Under the pieces are notes generated by a model that saw only the letters and a list, made by a program, of their open reading frames with translations, ran no database searches and was not told the origin of the DNA. From contig CAWFGO010000002.1 of assembly GCA_963815455.1 (NCBI GenBank), positions 448,001-512,000 on the forward strand: 64,000 nt of DNA, given 5' to 3'. This document shows positions 49,228 through 59,270 of the stretch, piece by piece (the stretch's first letter is position 1; the number at the start of each line of letters is the position of its first letter). A program made the position numbers and the translations under genes. Source of the DNA: an uncultured Verrucomicrobiae bacterium. GTDB lineage: Bacteria > Verrucomicrobiota > Verrucomicrobiia > Chthoniobacterales > UBA10450.

Positions 49228-50365
49228 TTGGCAACCATACGCCGCGGCGCGAATAGATGAAAGCCGAGCGCTTCCCGATTGGAAGCGCGCAGATAAAGAA
49301 GGTAGAGACCGATCGCCGCGAATAGGACGTTGGGGGTCCACGCGGCAATCCAGGATGGAATGCGATCGCCTTCGCCCAGCGCCAGAAAAAGATGGGTGAG
49401 AAAATTCATTGCGAATACGAGAAACACCGCGGCCGCAACGCTGGATAAAACGCCGCGGCGCGAGTAACCGATCCCGAGCGGGGCCGCGAGGCAGACCACC
49501 ACCAGACAGGTCCAGGGCAGAGCGAAACGGTATTGCAGATGGGTCTGAAATGGCGCGAGCCGGGTCGCCGGAAAATCGGAATTGAAATGCAGATATTGGC
49601 GCAGCTCCGGCACACTGAGATATTCCGCGCGCACATTCGCGCTGCCCAGGCGAAAAGGCGTTTCGCTCCAGTTGTCGATCTTAAGCGATGGAAGGATTTG
49701 CTCGTCCAGGATGTTTCCCACGCGATCGTAATGAACAACCTTTACGTTTTCCAATTCCCACGTTTTTGTTTCCGGAAGATAAACCGCGCGGGTCGGCCAG
49801 ATAATTCGTCACAATATTATTGTGGCTGTCCTGCTGCAGCACCTGGACGTTATTAAACTTGTTGTCCGCCAGGGCGGAAACTTTGGATGAACCAGGTGCG
49901 CGCGTCGGTCCGGTTCCGAAAGATTTGCGCTTCGATGGCAGTCTCGGAGCGCGAGCGCGCTTCATCGAGGAGCCGCTTGCGGGCCAGCTCGGCGTGCGGC
50001 GCGAGCGAATAATTGAGCGCCATGGTTGCCGCGACCGTAAGAAAGCCGATGGCAATGAGCGGCGAGAGGATCCGGGGGAGACTCAGGCCCGCCGTGAGCA
50101 TGGAAACGATTTCGTTGGCGCGGGACATTCGCCCGAGCGAAAACAGCAGCGCCAAAAGAAGCGATACCGGGAGCAAGACGATCAGGACCTCGGGAATCTG
50201 CGTCACGTAATACCGGAACGCGATGACGAGACCGACCTGCTCATCGAGGAACGTCGAGATATTGTCGCTGATGTCGAAGATGAGCCAGATCGAGATAAAG
50301 CCGACGATGCAGTAAAGATAGACCTGCAAAAAATTGCGAATGACGTAGCGATCCAGCAGCTTCAC
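49224..50365 (-). CDS. lptG: LptF/LptG-family LPS export permease (frameshifts near 49800-49870)
   Basis: MKLLDRYV, LP..LLLA.L..LG.MSR.NEI, then L..PLG...RRG and AAW.PN across three frames. Confidence 0.8.
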
Positions 50366-50388
50366 GGCTTAAACTAAGACCAAATTCG

Positions 50389-52372
50389 ATGATCGCGCTC
50401 AAAGATTCGCTGGAGACGGAATTTGTCGAACGAATTCGCGTATTGTTTTCGGAGAACGGTCCGCTCTCGAAAGCGACGAATTTCGAATATCGGCCGCAGC
50501 AGCAGGAAATGGCCGTGGCGGTGGCGCGGGCACTGGAGGAAGAGCGGCATCTGGTTGTCGAAGCGGGCACCGGCGTGGGCAAATCGCTCGCTTATCTGGC
50601 CCCGGCGATCCTTTTTGCACTGGAGAAGAAAAAGAAGGCGATCGTTTCCACCCACACGATCAATCTTCAGGAACAGCTCCTGAACAAGGACATCCCGATC
50701 CTGAAAAAGATTTTGCCGGTCGAGTTTCACGCGGCGCTGGTCAAGGGACGGCAAAATTATCTGTGCCCCCGACGATTGGAACGCGCGCTGGCCCAGGCCA
50801 ACGAGCTTTTCACCGGGCCGGAGAAAAATGAATTGAACCGGCTGGCGGAATGGGCGGGCAAGACGCGTGACGGCTCGCTCAGCGATCTCGCGGTCGAGCC
50901 CGATCCGAAAGTTTGGACACAGGTCTGCAGCGAGCCGCACATCTGCACGGCGAAAACGTGCGGCCTCGGGCCGGGCTGCTTTTATCAACAGGCGCGAAAA
51001 CGCCTGCTCATGGCAGATGTGCTCGTGATCAATCACACGCTGCTGTTCATGCTCCTGGGCGGCCCGGAGGAACAGGAGGGGCGCGAGAGCGGTTTTCTTT
51101 TTCCCGAACGATTTTCTGATATTCGACGAAGCGCACACGGTCGAACAAACCGCATCGCGCCAGATCGGGATCGGCATCTCGCAGTACGGATTAAGATCGA
51201 CAATCCAGCGGCTTTACAATGCGCGCACCAAGAAAGGACTCTTCACCATCACTCGCGATGCCGAAGGTGTGCGGCTGGCCGCCGAGGTCGTCGATGAAGT
51301 GGAACGTTTTTTCAGCGCGATCGAATCGAAATCCGATTTTCGCAAGGGCCGGGAGTTTCGAGTGCGCGATGTCGATCTTGTCCCGGACACGATCACCGGC
51401 CGGCTAACGGCGTTGCAAGTCCGCATCGCCGAGGTAGTCAAACGCGCCGATGATGAATTTTTAAAAGCGGAGTTGCAGGAGTATGGCCGGCGGCTCCGGG
51501 ACGCGCGAACCGGTATTGCCGTTTTCCTGGAACAGAGCGCGCGCGAACATGTTTACTGGGTCGAGCGCACGGGCAAGACGGCGCAATTTCTCTCCCTCAA
51601 CGCGTCTCCGATCGACATCGCACCAGTGCTGCGCCGCATGATTTTTCGCGAGGATTGTTCCTGCGTGATGACGAGCGCAACGCTCGCGGTCGGCCGCCCC
51701 GACCTCGCCTATTTTCGACAACGCATCGGGGCGGACGAAGCCGAAGCAGTAGTGCTCGGGAGTCCGTTCGATTTTCAAAAGCAGATGAAGATTTTCATCG
51801 TGCAAAAAATGCCCGATCCGCGCGACGCCGGTTACGAAGAAGCGCTTGAGCATTGGATCGCGCATTTTGTCGAAGAAACGGACGGACGCGCCTTTGTCCT
51901 TTTCACCAGTTACCGCGGCATGCAGCAAGTGGCCGAGCGGTTGCGGGAGTTCTTCGCGCGAACAAAAATGAATTTGCTGGTGCAGGGCGGTGGCGCGCCG
52001 CGCGGTCTTTTGCTGGAGCAATTCAAGACAACACCGCGCAGCGTTCTTTTTGGGACGGATAGTTTTTGGATGGGCGTGGATGTTCCGGGCGAAGCGCTTT
52101 CCAATGTAATTATCACCCGGCTGCCCTTCGCCGTGCCGGATCATCCGCTAATTGAGGCGAAGCTCGAACTGGTTGAGGCGCGGGGAGGCGATGCCTTTAC
52201 TGAATTTTCCCTGCCGGAAGCGATCTTGAAGCTTCGACAGGGAGTGGGCCGCTTGATTCGAACAAAGAGCGATACCGGCATCGTTGTCATTCTCGATAAC
52301 CGGATCATAACTAAACCGTACGGGCGCGCATTTTTGAGCGCTTTGCCGAAGTGCGCAGTCAAAATACTCTAG
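50389..52372 (+). CDS. dinG: DinG/YoaA-family helicase (frameshift near 51105)
   Basis: EYRPQQ, EAGTGVGKS, KGRQNYLC, Fe-S cysteines, IFDEAH in the shifted frame, TSATL, LFTSY and QGVGRLIR. Confidence 0.9.
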
Positions 52373-52375
52373 TCC

Positions 52376-54303
52376 ATGAAAAGACTCACCTGGCCGATCG
52401 TCGCTTTCGCCTTCGTGATCGGCCTCGTTTTCGGCAGCCAATTCTTCCCCCGGACGAAATTATCTCGGGCGCCGGCGATCCCCACCAAATCAGTCCAAAC
52501 GACTCTCGTCGCCAAGCCGGCTCTTTCCCAACCGGCGGTTGCTCCGTCCGGATTGGGCGCTCCCGAAACGCCCGGTTCTTCTTCCAGCGGAGAAATTATC
52601 GAGAGACTTAAACGAGCGTTAACAAATTCGGGGAGCCGGCGCGTTTACCTTCAGCTGGCCAAGCTGGTTGACTCAGTTAATGCCGATAATGTGCGGGAGC
52701 TCGTCGCTTTCGCGGAGGCTCTCCCGAAACCGCAGGACAAGACCATGCTCGTTCAATTGTTGGTCGGGCGATGGGCCGAGTTCGATCCGAAATCAGCCAT
52801 TGAATACGCGCAAAGCAGGCCCGGCAACGCTTCGCGTAATTGGGTCCTCACCAGCGCCATCGGCGGATGGGCCGAACAGGACATGACGGCAGCGATGACT
52901 TGGGCCCGGCAGATGCCACCGGGGCCGGTGCGCGATCAGGCGATGCAAACACTCGTTGGCTCAATGGCAGAAAAAGATCCGCAGGCGGCAATCGCTCTGT
53001 TGCAGAGTCTGCCCGCCGGCCAAAACCGGGAAAATCTTTACTTCCCGATTTTCAATCGTTGGGCGGCGAACGATGCCGCCGCGGCAGCCGGAGCAGCTGT
53101 CCAATTGCCACCCGGGACTGGTCGCGACCGCGCTCTTCAGGCAGTCGGTTTTACGTGGGCAAATCAGGATCCGGAATCGGCCTTTGCCTGGGCCAACAAC
53201 CTGCCGCCGGGGCAAAACCGCGACACGGTTTTGCAGAATATCTTGTCGGGCTGGGGCAATAAGGATCCGCAGAAAGCTGCGACCATCGCCTCCACATTGC
53301 CGGCGGGCTCTGTGCGTGACAATGCGATGGCCAATATTGGGCGAGAATGGGGCGGGAACCGATCCCCGCGCCGCTGCCGATTGGGCCCGCAGCTTGCCTG
53401 GGCAAGCCGAGATTAGCGCGCTGCGCTCCGTTCTGTTCGTTTGGGCGCAATCGGACCCGACCGCGGCGGCGCAGTATGTCGAAGGTTTGCCAGCCGGTAA
53501 GGTGCAGGAGGATGCGATCAATGCGATTGCGGCGCAAATGGCCTCGGCCGATGTGCAAAGTGCCCTTGCCTGGGCCCAAAAACTTCCGGCCAGCACGGCC
53601 CGCCAAAATGCGTTAGGCAACATTGTTTCGCATTGGGCGGGGAACGATCCGCGGGCGGCGGCCGAGTTTGTGTTGCGCGAGGCCGATGCCGGCCGGCGCA
53701 ACGACATGGTTGAAAAGGTTGCGCGCCAATGGGCCGGACTTGATTCCAATGCCGCCATTCAATGGGCCCAAAGCCTCGACAGCAATGCGCGCGACGCGGC
53801 CCTTCCCGCTATCATTGAAGGGCTGGTAAAAAACGATCCCTCCACCGCAGCGCGCCTGGTCACGCAAATTTCGTCCGACCAGGCGAAGGCCGACGCGGCC
53901 GGTTCGATCGTGGCGCGTTGGAGTTCGCAGAATCCCGAGGAGGCCGGGCGCTGGGCCGCATCGCTTCCCGAAGGGCGCGCGCGCGAGCAGGCGTTTCAAA
54001 GCCTGATCAATCGGTGGTCGCGGAGCGATCCGGCGGCCGCGGCCGGCGTGGCTCGGCACTTTGCCCGAAGGCGCATCGCGAGATAGCGCCGTGAGTAGTT
54101 TTACCGGACGGATTGCCAGTTCCGATCCGCAAACGGCCGTGCAATGGGCGGAGTCGATTGGCAATGAAACCGTCCGGGGCAGCCAACTCGAATCAGTTTT
54201 TCGCAAATGGCTCAAGAGCGATCCAAACCGCGCGCGGGCATCGATTACGAATTCGTCGCTTTCCGAAGAGGCAAAAGCAAGGCTGCTTTCGCCGGGAAAA
54301 TAA
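52376..54303 (+). CDS. Membrane-anchored alpha-solenoid repeat protein (WAxxDPxAAxxWA..LP.G..R repeats); 2 frameshifts
   Basis: Roughly 31-32 aa repeats run through ORFs 52376..53416, 52956..54086 (after about 53350) and 54061..54303. Confidence 0.75.
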
Positions 54304-54322
54304 GGGCACAGCAATCCAGCAC

Positions 54323-54415
54323 GTCATCCCGAGCGCAGTCGAGGGACCCCGTTGCGGAAGCGTAAAGGAAGCGCTTGGGGATCCTTCGACTCCGCTTCGC
54401 TTCGCTCAGGATGAC
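54323..54415. repeat. GTCATCCYGAG-family REP/IR element, copy 4
   Basis: gtcatcccgagcgcagtcgagggaccc...ttcgactccgcttcgcttcgctcaggatgac. Confidence 0.85.
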
Positions 54416-54423
54416 CTGCAAAG

Positions 54424-54437
54424 TGTTCACTTGAACA
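54424..54437. promoter_or_regulatory. LexA box upstream of imuB-dnaE2
   Basis: Perfect TGTTC-ACTT-GAACA 30 nt before the ATG at 54468. Confidence 0.85.
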
Positions 54438-54467
54438 TATCCACATCTTTATAGCTAAATTGAGCCC

Positions 54468-55455
54468 ATGAAGCGCTCTGCTTCCCCAAAGAAAAAGCCG
54501 CTGGAAGATCGACAGCGTTCCATTCGGCAAATCCTCGCCATCCTCCATAAATGGGGAATTCACACGCTCGGGCAATTTGCCGCGCTGGATAAGGAAGAAA
54601 TCGCAGCCCGGCTCGGCCCCGAAGCCGTAGGGATGTGGGAGCGGGCCAATGGAAAATCGAAGCGGTTACTCAAGTTCGTCCAGCCCCCGGAGTTATTCGA
54701 AGAGAGCTTCGAGTTCGAACACGAGATTGAAACAGCCGAACCGCTCCTCTTCATCCTGCGGCGGTTTCTGGAGCAACTCGCCTTGCGACTGGGCGGCATC
54801 TATCTCGTGACCAAAGAACTGACCCTCCGGATTGCTTTTGCGGCGAACAAGAAGACTTACCAGCGCGTTTTCAAAATTCCGCAGCCGACCAACGATGTCG
54901 ATCTTCTTTTCCGTATGCTTGCCACGCATCTGGAGAATTTTCGCTCGGAACATCCGATCGTGGCCGTGTCCTTGCAGGCCCAGCCAATCCGACCGGCATC
55001 GCAGCAATTCGGTTTATTTGAAACCGCCCTGCGGAATCCGCAGCAACTTTACGAAACACTCGCGCGACTGAGCGCGTTGCTCGGTTCCGAGCGTGTCGGC
55101 ACGCCCGTTCTCGAAGAAACGCATCGGCCGGATGCATTTCGAATGGAGGCATTCAGGTGGCATGGGCTTCCAGCCCATGTCCCATCGGCAAGGATGCCGA
55201 TGCCACGACCCGCGCTGCGTCGTTTTCGGCCGGCGGTGTCGGCATCGATGTTCACTTCGAAAAACTCGGCATCTTCAGAGTGAAAAGATTCGCGGTCGGA
55301 TCGCCGAGCAATCCGGACCTTATCGCGCTTCCGGCAATTGGTGGGACGAAAAATCCTGGGAACGCACCGAATGGGATCTCGAGCTGGAGGACGGAACTGT
55401 CTGCCGATGTCATCGGAGCGGAAGCACCTGGGCGATCGATGGGATTTATGATTAG
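54468..55455 (+). CDS. imuB: ImuB-like Y-family accessory protein lacking the N-terminal part (frameshift near 55265)
   Basis: L..WGI.TLG..A.L....IAARLG, EPLLF.LRR.LE.L..RL, Q.GLF clamp motif, HRPDAF and GPYR.SG.WW...GIYD; upstream of dnaE2. Confidence 0.75.
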
Positions 55456-55461
55456 GAGCCA

Positions 55462-55553
55462 GTCATCCTGAGCGGAGCGAAGCGAAGTCGAAGGATCCCG
55501 GTGCGCTGCCTTTAAGGTTCGCGACGGGATTCCTCGACTTCGCTCGGAATGAC
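55462..55553. repeat. GTCATCCYGAG-family REP/IR element, copy 5
   Basis: gtcatcctgagcggagcgaagcgaagtcgaaggatccc...gggattcctcgacttcgctcggaatgac. Confidence 0.85.
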
Positions 55554-55557
55554 GAGA

Positions 55558-58500
55558 ATGTCTTATATCGAGCTTCATGCCTGCAGCGCGTTCAGCTTTC
55601 TGCGTGGCGGTTCATTTCCCGAACAATTAGCCCAAACCGCGGGCGAGTTGGAAATGCCGGCGCTGGCGCTTGCTCGATCGGAACGGTGTTTACGGCGCCC
55701 AACGATTCTCCGTAGCCGCGCGCGAGCAGAATGTCCGGCCTATTATCGGTTGCGAACTGGAGATGGAAGACGGCGGAATTCTGCCGGTGCTCGTCGAAAA
55801 TCGGATCGGCTACAAAAATTTATGCGAGCTTCTCACCCAGGCGCATTTGCGCAGCGAGAAAGGAAAATGTGCGGTGAGGTGGAGTGAGTTGCCGCAGTTC
55901 GCGGAGGGGTTGATCGCATTTTTGGGATTGGGGAGCACAGGCTGCCAGCCTGTTGGTTGCGGCAGCTTGCCGCAACCTTCTTCGAACCACACGCACACAA
56001 ACACCCCCGGTGTCCGGCAAGCTGCCGGACACTACAGGCTGGCAGCCTGTGCTCCCCAGAATGACGCGCACCGCGTCAAACTGTTGATCGACGTCTTCGG
56101 TCGCAAAAATGTTTTTGTCGAAATCCAACGGCATTTCATTCGCGGCGAAGAGCGGATCAACCGCGCACTTGTCGATCTTGCCCGGGCAAATCGCTTGCCG
56201 ATCCTGGCCACCAACGGCGTCCAGTATGCCAAGCCCAACGGGCGCGAAGTGCTGGACGTGTTCACCTGTATTCGCGAGCACACCTATCTCGATGCTGCGG
56301 GCAAAATGCTCACCCAAAATGCGGAGCGCCATCTCAAGAGCGACCGCGAAATGCGCGAACTCTTCCGGGATTTGCCGGAAGCGATCGAAAATACATCGCG
56401 CCTGGCCGAGCGTCTCACGTTTTCGCTCGAAAACATCGGCTACGAGTTTCCATCCTATCCGGTGCCGGCCGGTCACAGCATGGATTCGTTTCTGCGCACG
56501 ATCGTCTGGTTCGGCGCGCAACAGCGTTACGCCGCGGTCAGCACCGCGGTGAAAAACAAACTGGAAGAAGAACTCGCCCTCATCACCAAGCTCGGGTTCT
56601 CCGGTTATTTTTTGATCGTCTGGGACATCGTGAATTTCTGCCGCGAACACAACATCATGGTGCAGGGCCGGGGCAGCGCCGCCAATAGCGCGGTCTGTTA
56701 TTGTCTCGGGATCACACCGGTTGATCCGGTGAGCAATCATCTGGTCTTCGAGCGTTTCTTAAACGAGAGCCGGAAAGGCTGGCCCGATATCGATCTCGAT
56801 CTTCCCAGTGGTGACCGGCGGGAGAGCGTGATCCAGGAAGTTTATCGCCGTTACGGCAAACACGGCGCGGCCATGACCGCGAACGTCATCACTTATCGCG
56901 GACGGAGCGCGGCGCGTGAAATTGGGAAAGCACTAAATTTTTCGGCGACCATTCTCGATCGGTTCTCGCACTTGTTCGCGAACGGTGATTTTCCGCACAC
57001 GATGGAACTCGAATCGCAAATCGAACAGGCTGGATTGCCCAAAGCGCATCCGCGCATGCCCGCGTTCGTGAGACTGTATCAGGCGATCTACGGTTTGCCG
57101 CGCCATCTCGGCCAGCACTCCGGCGGGATGATTATTTGTCAGGACAAGCTCAGCTCGTTTGTGCCCTTGGAAAATGCGTCGATGCCGGGTCGCGTCGTGG
57201 CCCAATGGGACAAGGACGATTGCGAAGATCTCGGGATTGTGAAAGTCGATCTGCTCGGGCTCGGCATGATGTCGGTGATGCAGGATGCGTTTGAGCTCTG
57301 CCGCGAGCGCGGCCGCCCTCTCGATCTTGCTCACATTCCCAAAGATGACGCGGCCACGTTCGAGATGATGCAACAGGCCGACACGATTGGCGTTTTTCAA
57401 ATCGAAAGCCGCGCTCAAATGGCCACGCTGCCGCGGATGAAGCCGAAATGTTTTTACGACGTGGTCATTGAAGTGGCGATTATTCGGCCCGGCCCGATCC
57501 AGGGCGACATGGTCCATCCCTATCTGGCCCGCCGGGCCGGCCGCGAGCCGGTGACCTATTTCGATCCGCGTCTCGAACCGGTGCTTGGCCGCACCCTTGG
57601 CGTTCCACTTTTTCAGGAACAAATGCTGAAGATCGCGATGGTGATGGCCGATTTTTCCGGCGATGAAGCGGAGGAACTGCGGCGGGCCCTGAGTTTTCAC
57701 CGGTCAGAAGAACGAATGAACAAAGTCAGCGTGAAATTACGCGCGGCGATGGAACGGAAAGGCGTCGCCCCGGACAAGATCGACAAGATCATTCAGTCTA
57801 TTAGCTCATTCGCGCTTTACGGATTTCCGGAGTCGCACGCGATCAGCTTTGCGATTCTGGCTTACGGAAGCGCCTATTTGAAAGTGCATCGCGCGCCGGA
57901 GTTTTACGCCAGCCTGTTGAACAATCAGCCCATGGGTTTTTACACCTCGGCCACGATTGTAAAAGATGCCCAGCGGCATGGACTAAAGATCAAATCGGTT
58001 TGTGTTTCGCAATCCGATTGGCGCTGCGCCGTGGTCGATGACAACACAGTGCGTTTAGGGTTTTGCGTCGTAAGCGGATTACGCCGGGAGCACGGCGAAG
58101 CGATCGAGCGCGAACGCAAAGATCGACAATTTGTTTCGTTGGAAGATTTCAAACGGCGCGTGTCGCTTTCCAAAGATGAGCTGCGAACGCTGGCGGAACT
58201 GGGCGCGCTGAATTGTTTTGCGAAACATCGGCGCGCGGCGATGTGGCGAGTGGAGGAAGTACAGCATGACGACCTGCTGGGTCACTCGCGATTGGGGAGC
58301 GCAGGCGGCTCGCCTGCATCGTCCGGCGGCTCGCCGGACGAATATGGTTTGCAGCGAGCCGCCGCAAACTACAGGCCAGCGGCCTGTGCTCCCCAGAATC
58401 AAGAGTCGCCGCTCGTTCCCATGACCGTCCAGGAACGCGTCACAGCGGATTATCAAACCATGAATCTCACTACCGGCCCGCATCCGATGAAGTTACTGCG

Positions 58501-58834
58501 CAAAACTTTGCCGAACATCTGGCGGGCATCTGATCTTTCGCAAGCGCGACACGGCACGATCGTTCAGATCGCCGGCAACGTAATTTGCCGTCAGCGCCCG
58601 GGGACGGCGAAGGGATTTGTTTTTATCAGCCTGGAAGACGAGACCGGCGTTTCCAATGCGATTGTCGATCCTGATTTGTTCGAGCGATTTCGTCTTTTGA
58701 TCACCGAGGAAGCATTTCTGCTCATCGAAGGCGAAGTGCAAAACTCGGAGAATGTCGTGCTAATCAAGACGCGTAACATCCGGCCACTTGCGCATGAACG
58801 ACTCGTCGGCAGCGAGTCACACGACTTCAGGTAG
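55558..58834 (+). CDS. dnaE2: Error-prone DNA polymerase III alpha DnaE2/ImuC (frameshift near 55670)
   Basis: YIELHACSAFSFL.G.S.PE.L, GRGSAANS.VCY.LGIT, PDIDLD, PRHLGQHSGG, QRPGTAKG..F..LEDETG and C-terminal SHDFR typical of DnaE2. Confidence 0.95.
55929..56058. repeat. 130-bp palindromic element read in frame within dnaE2
   Basis: Perfect 25-bp terminal IR TGGGGAGCACAGGCTGCCAGCCTGT (55929-55953 / 56034-56058) plus two internal hairpins. Confidence 0.9.
58293..58395. repeat. Second (103-bp) copy of the same element family, in frame within dnaE2
   Basis: tggggagcgcaggc...acaggccagcggcctgtgctcccca. Confidence 0.85.
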
Positions 58835-58915
58835 GGACATCTCTCCGAGATGTCCACGGCTTAGTTGAAGAGTGGACTCACAGCAACAAATCGGACGCCT
58901 CGGAGAGGCGTCCCC
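58831..58915. repeat. GTAG-type REP doublet supplying the dnaE2 stop codon
   Basis: gtagggacatctctccgagatgtcc...ggacgcctcggagaggcgtccc. Confidence 0.7.
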
Positions 58916-59270
58916 AAGCCGCGATTGAGAGCCGGAGGCGCCACCTCGGAAGTCAAAGCCATGATTATCGCGGGCTCCTCTGGTCTTGGCATCCCATCAG
59001 AAGTGATGTTCAGAACCGGATTCGACCGGGTTTGCCCGAGCGCATTCGGGCTAACGATGAGAAGGACAAAGGCGACGCTGAACAGCAACGTCAGTTGAGC
59101 AAATCGAGAGAACGGCCCTAACACAAAGCACCCCCAGGGGAGCTTTGTACCGTGCCCGTTATCCCTGGGATGTTGTTTTTGTTTTTCATCTTAGTTTGTT
59201 TGAAGCTACCGCTAATCCGTTCCGGATTCGTGGAATGGATGATCCCGATGCGGTTTTTGTCAAACGGAAA

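Noticed and set aside
39817..55553. Dispersed repeats as a CRISPR array
   Set aside because: They are inverted-repeat doublets kilobases apart, with no regular repeat-spacer units and no cas genes.
55929..56058. Intein or intron in dnaE2
   Set aside because: Too short, no C/S...HN splice motifs or intron core; explained as a palindromic repeat.
153..58834. Many split genes (cyclase, ahb-like, HAD, sulfatase, MBL, methyltransferase, dusB, lptG, dinG, imuB, dnaE2) as pseudogenes or programmed frameshifts
   Set aside because: They are single-base indels, often near homopolymers, spread evenly and hitting normally essential genes such as lptG, with otherwise intact motifs. Long-read consensus error is the simplest explanation.
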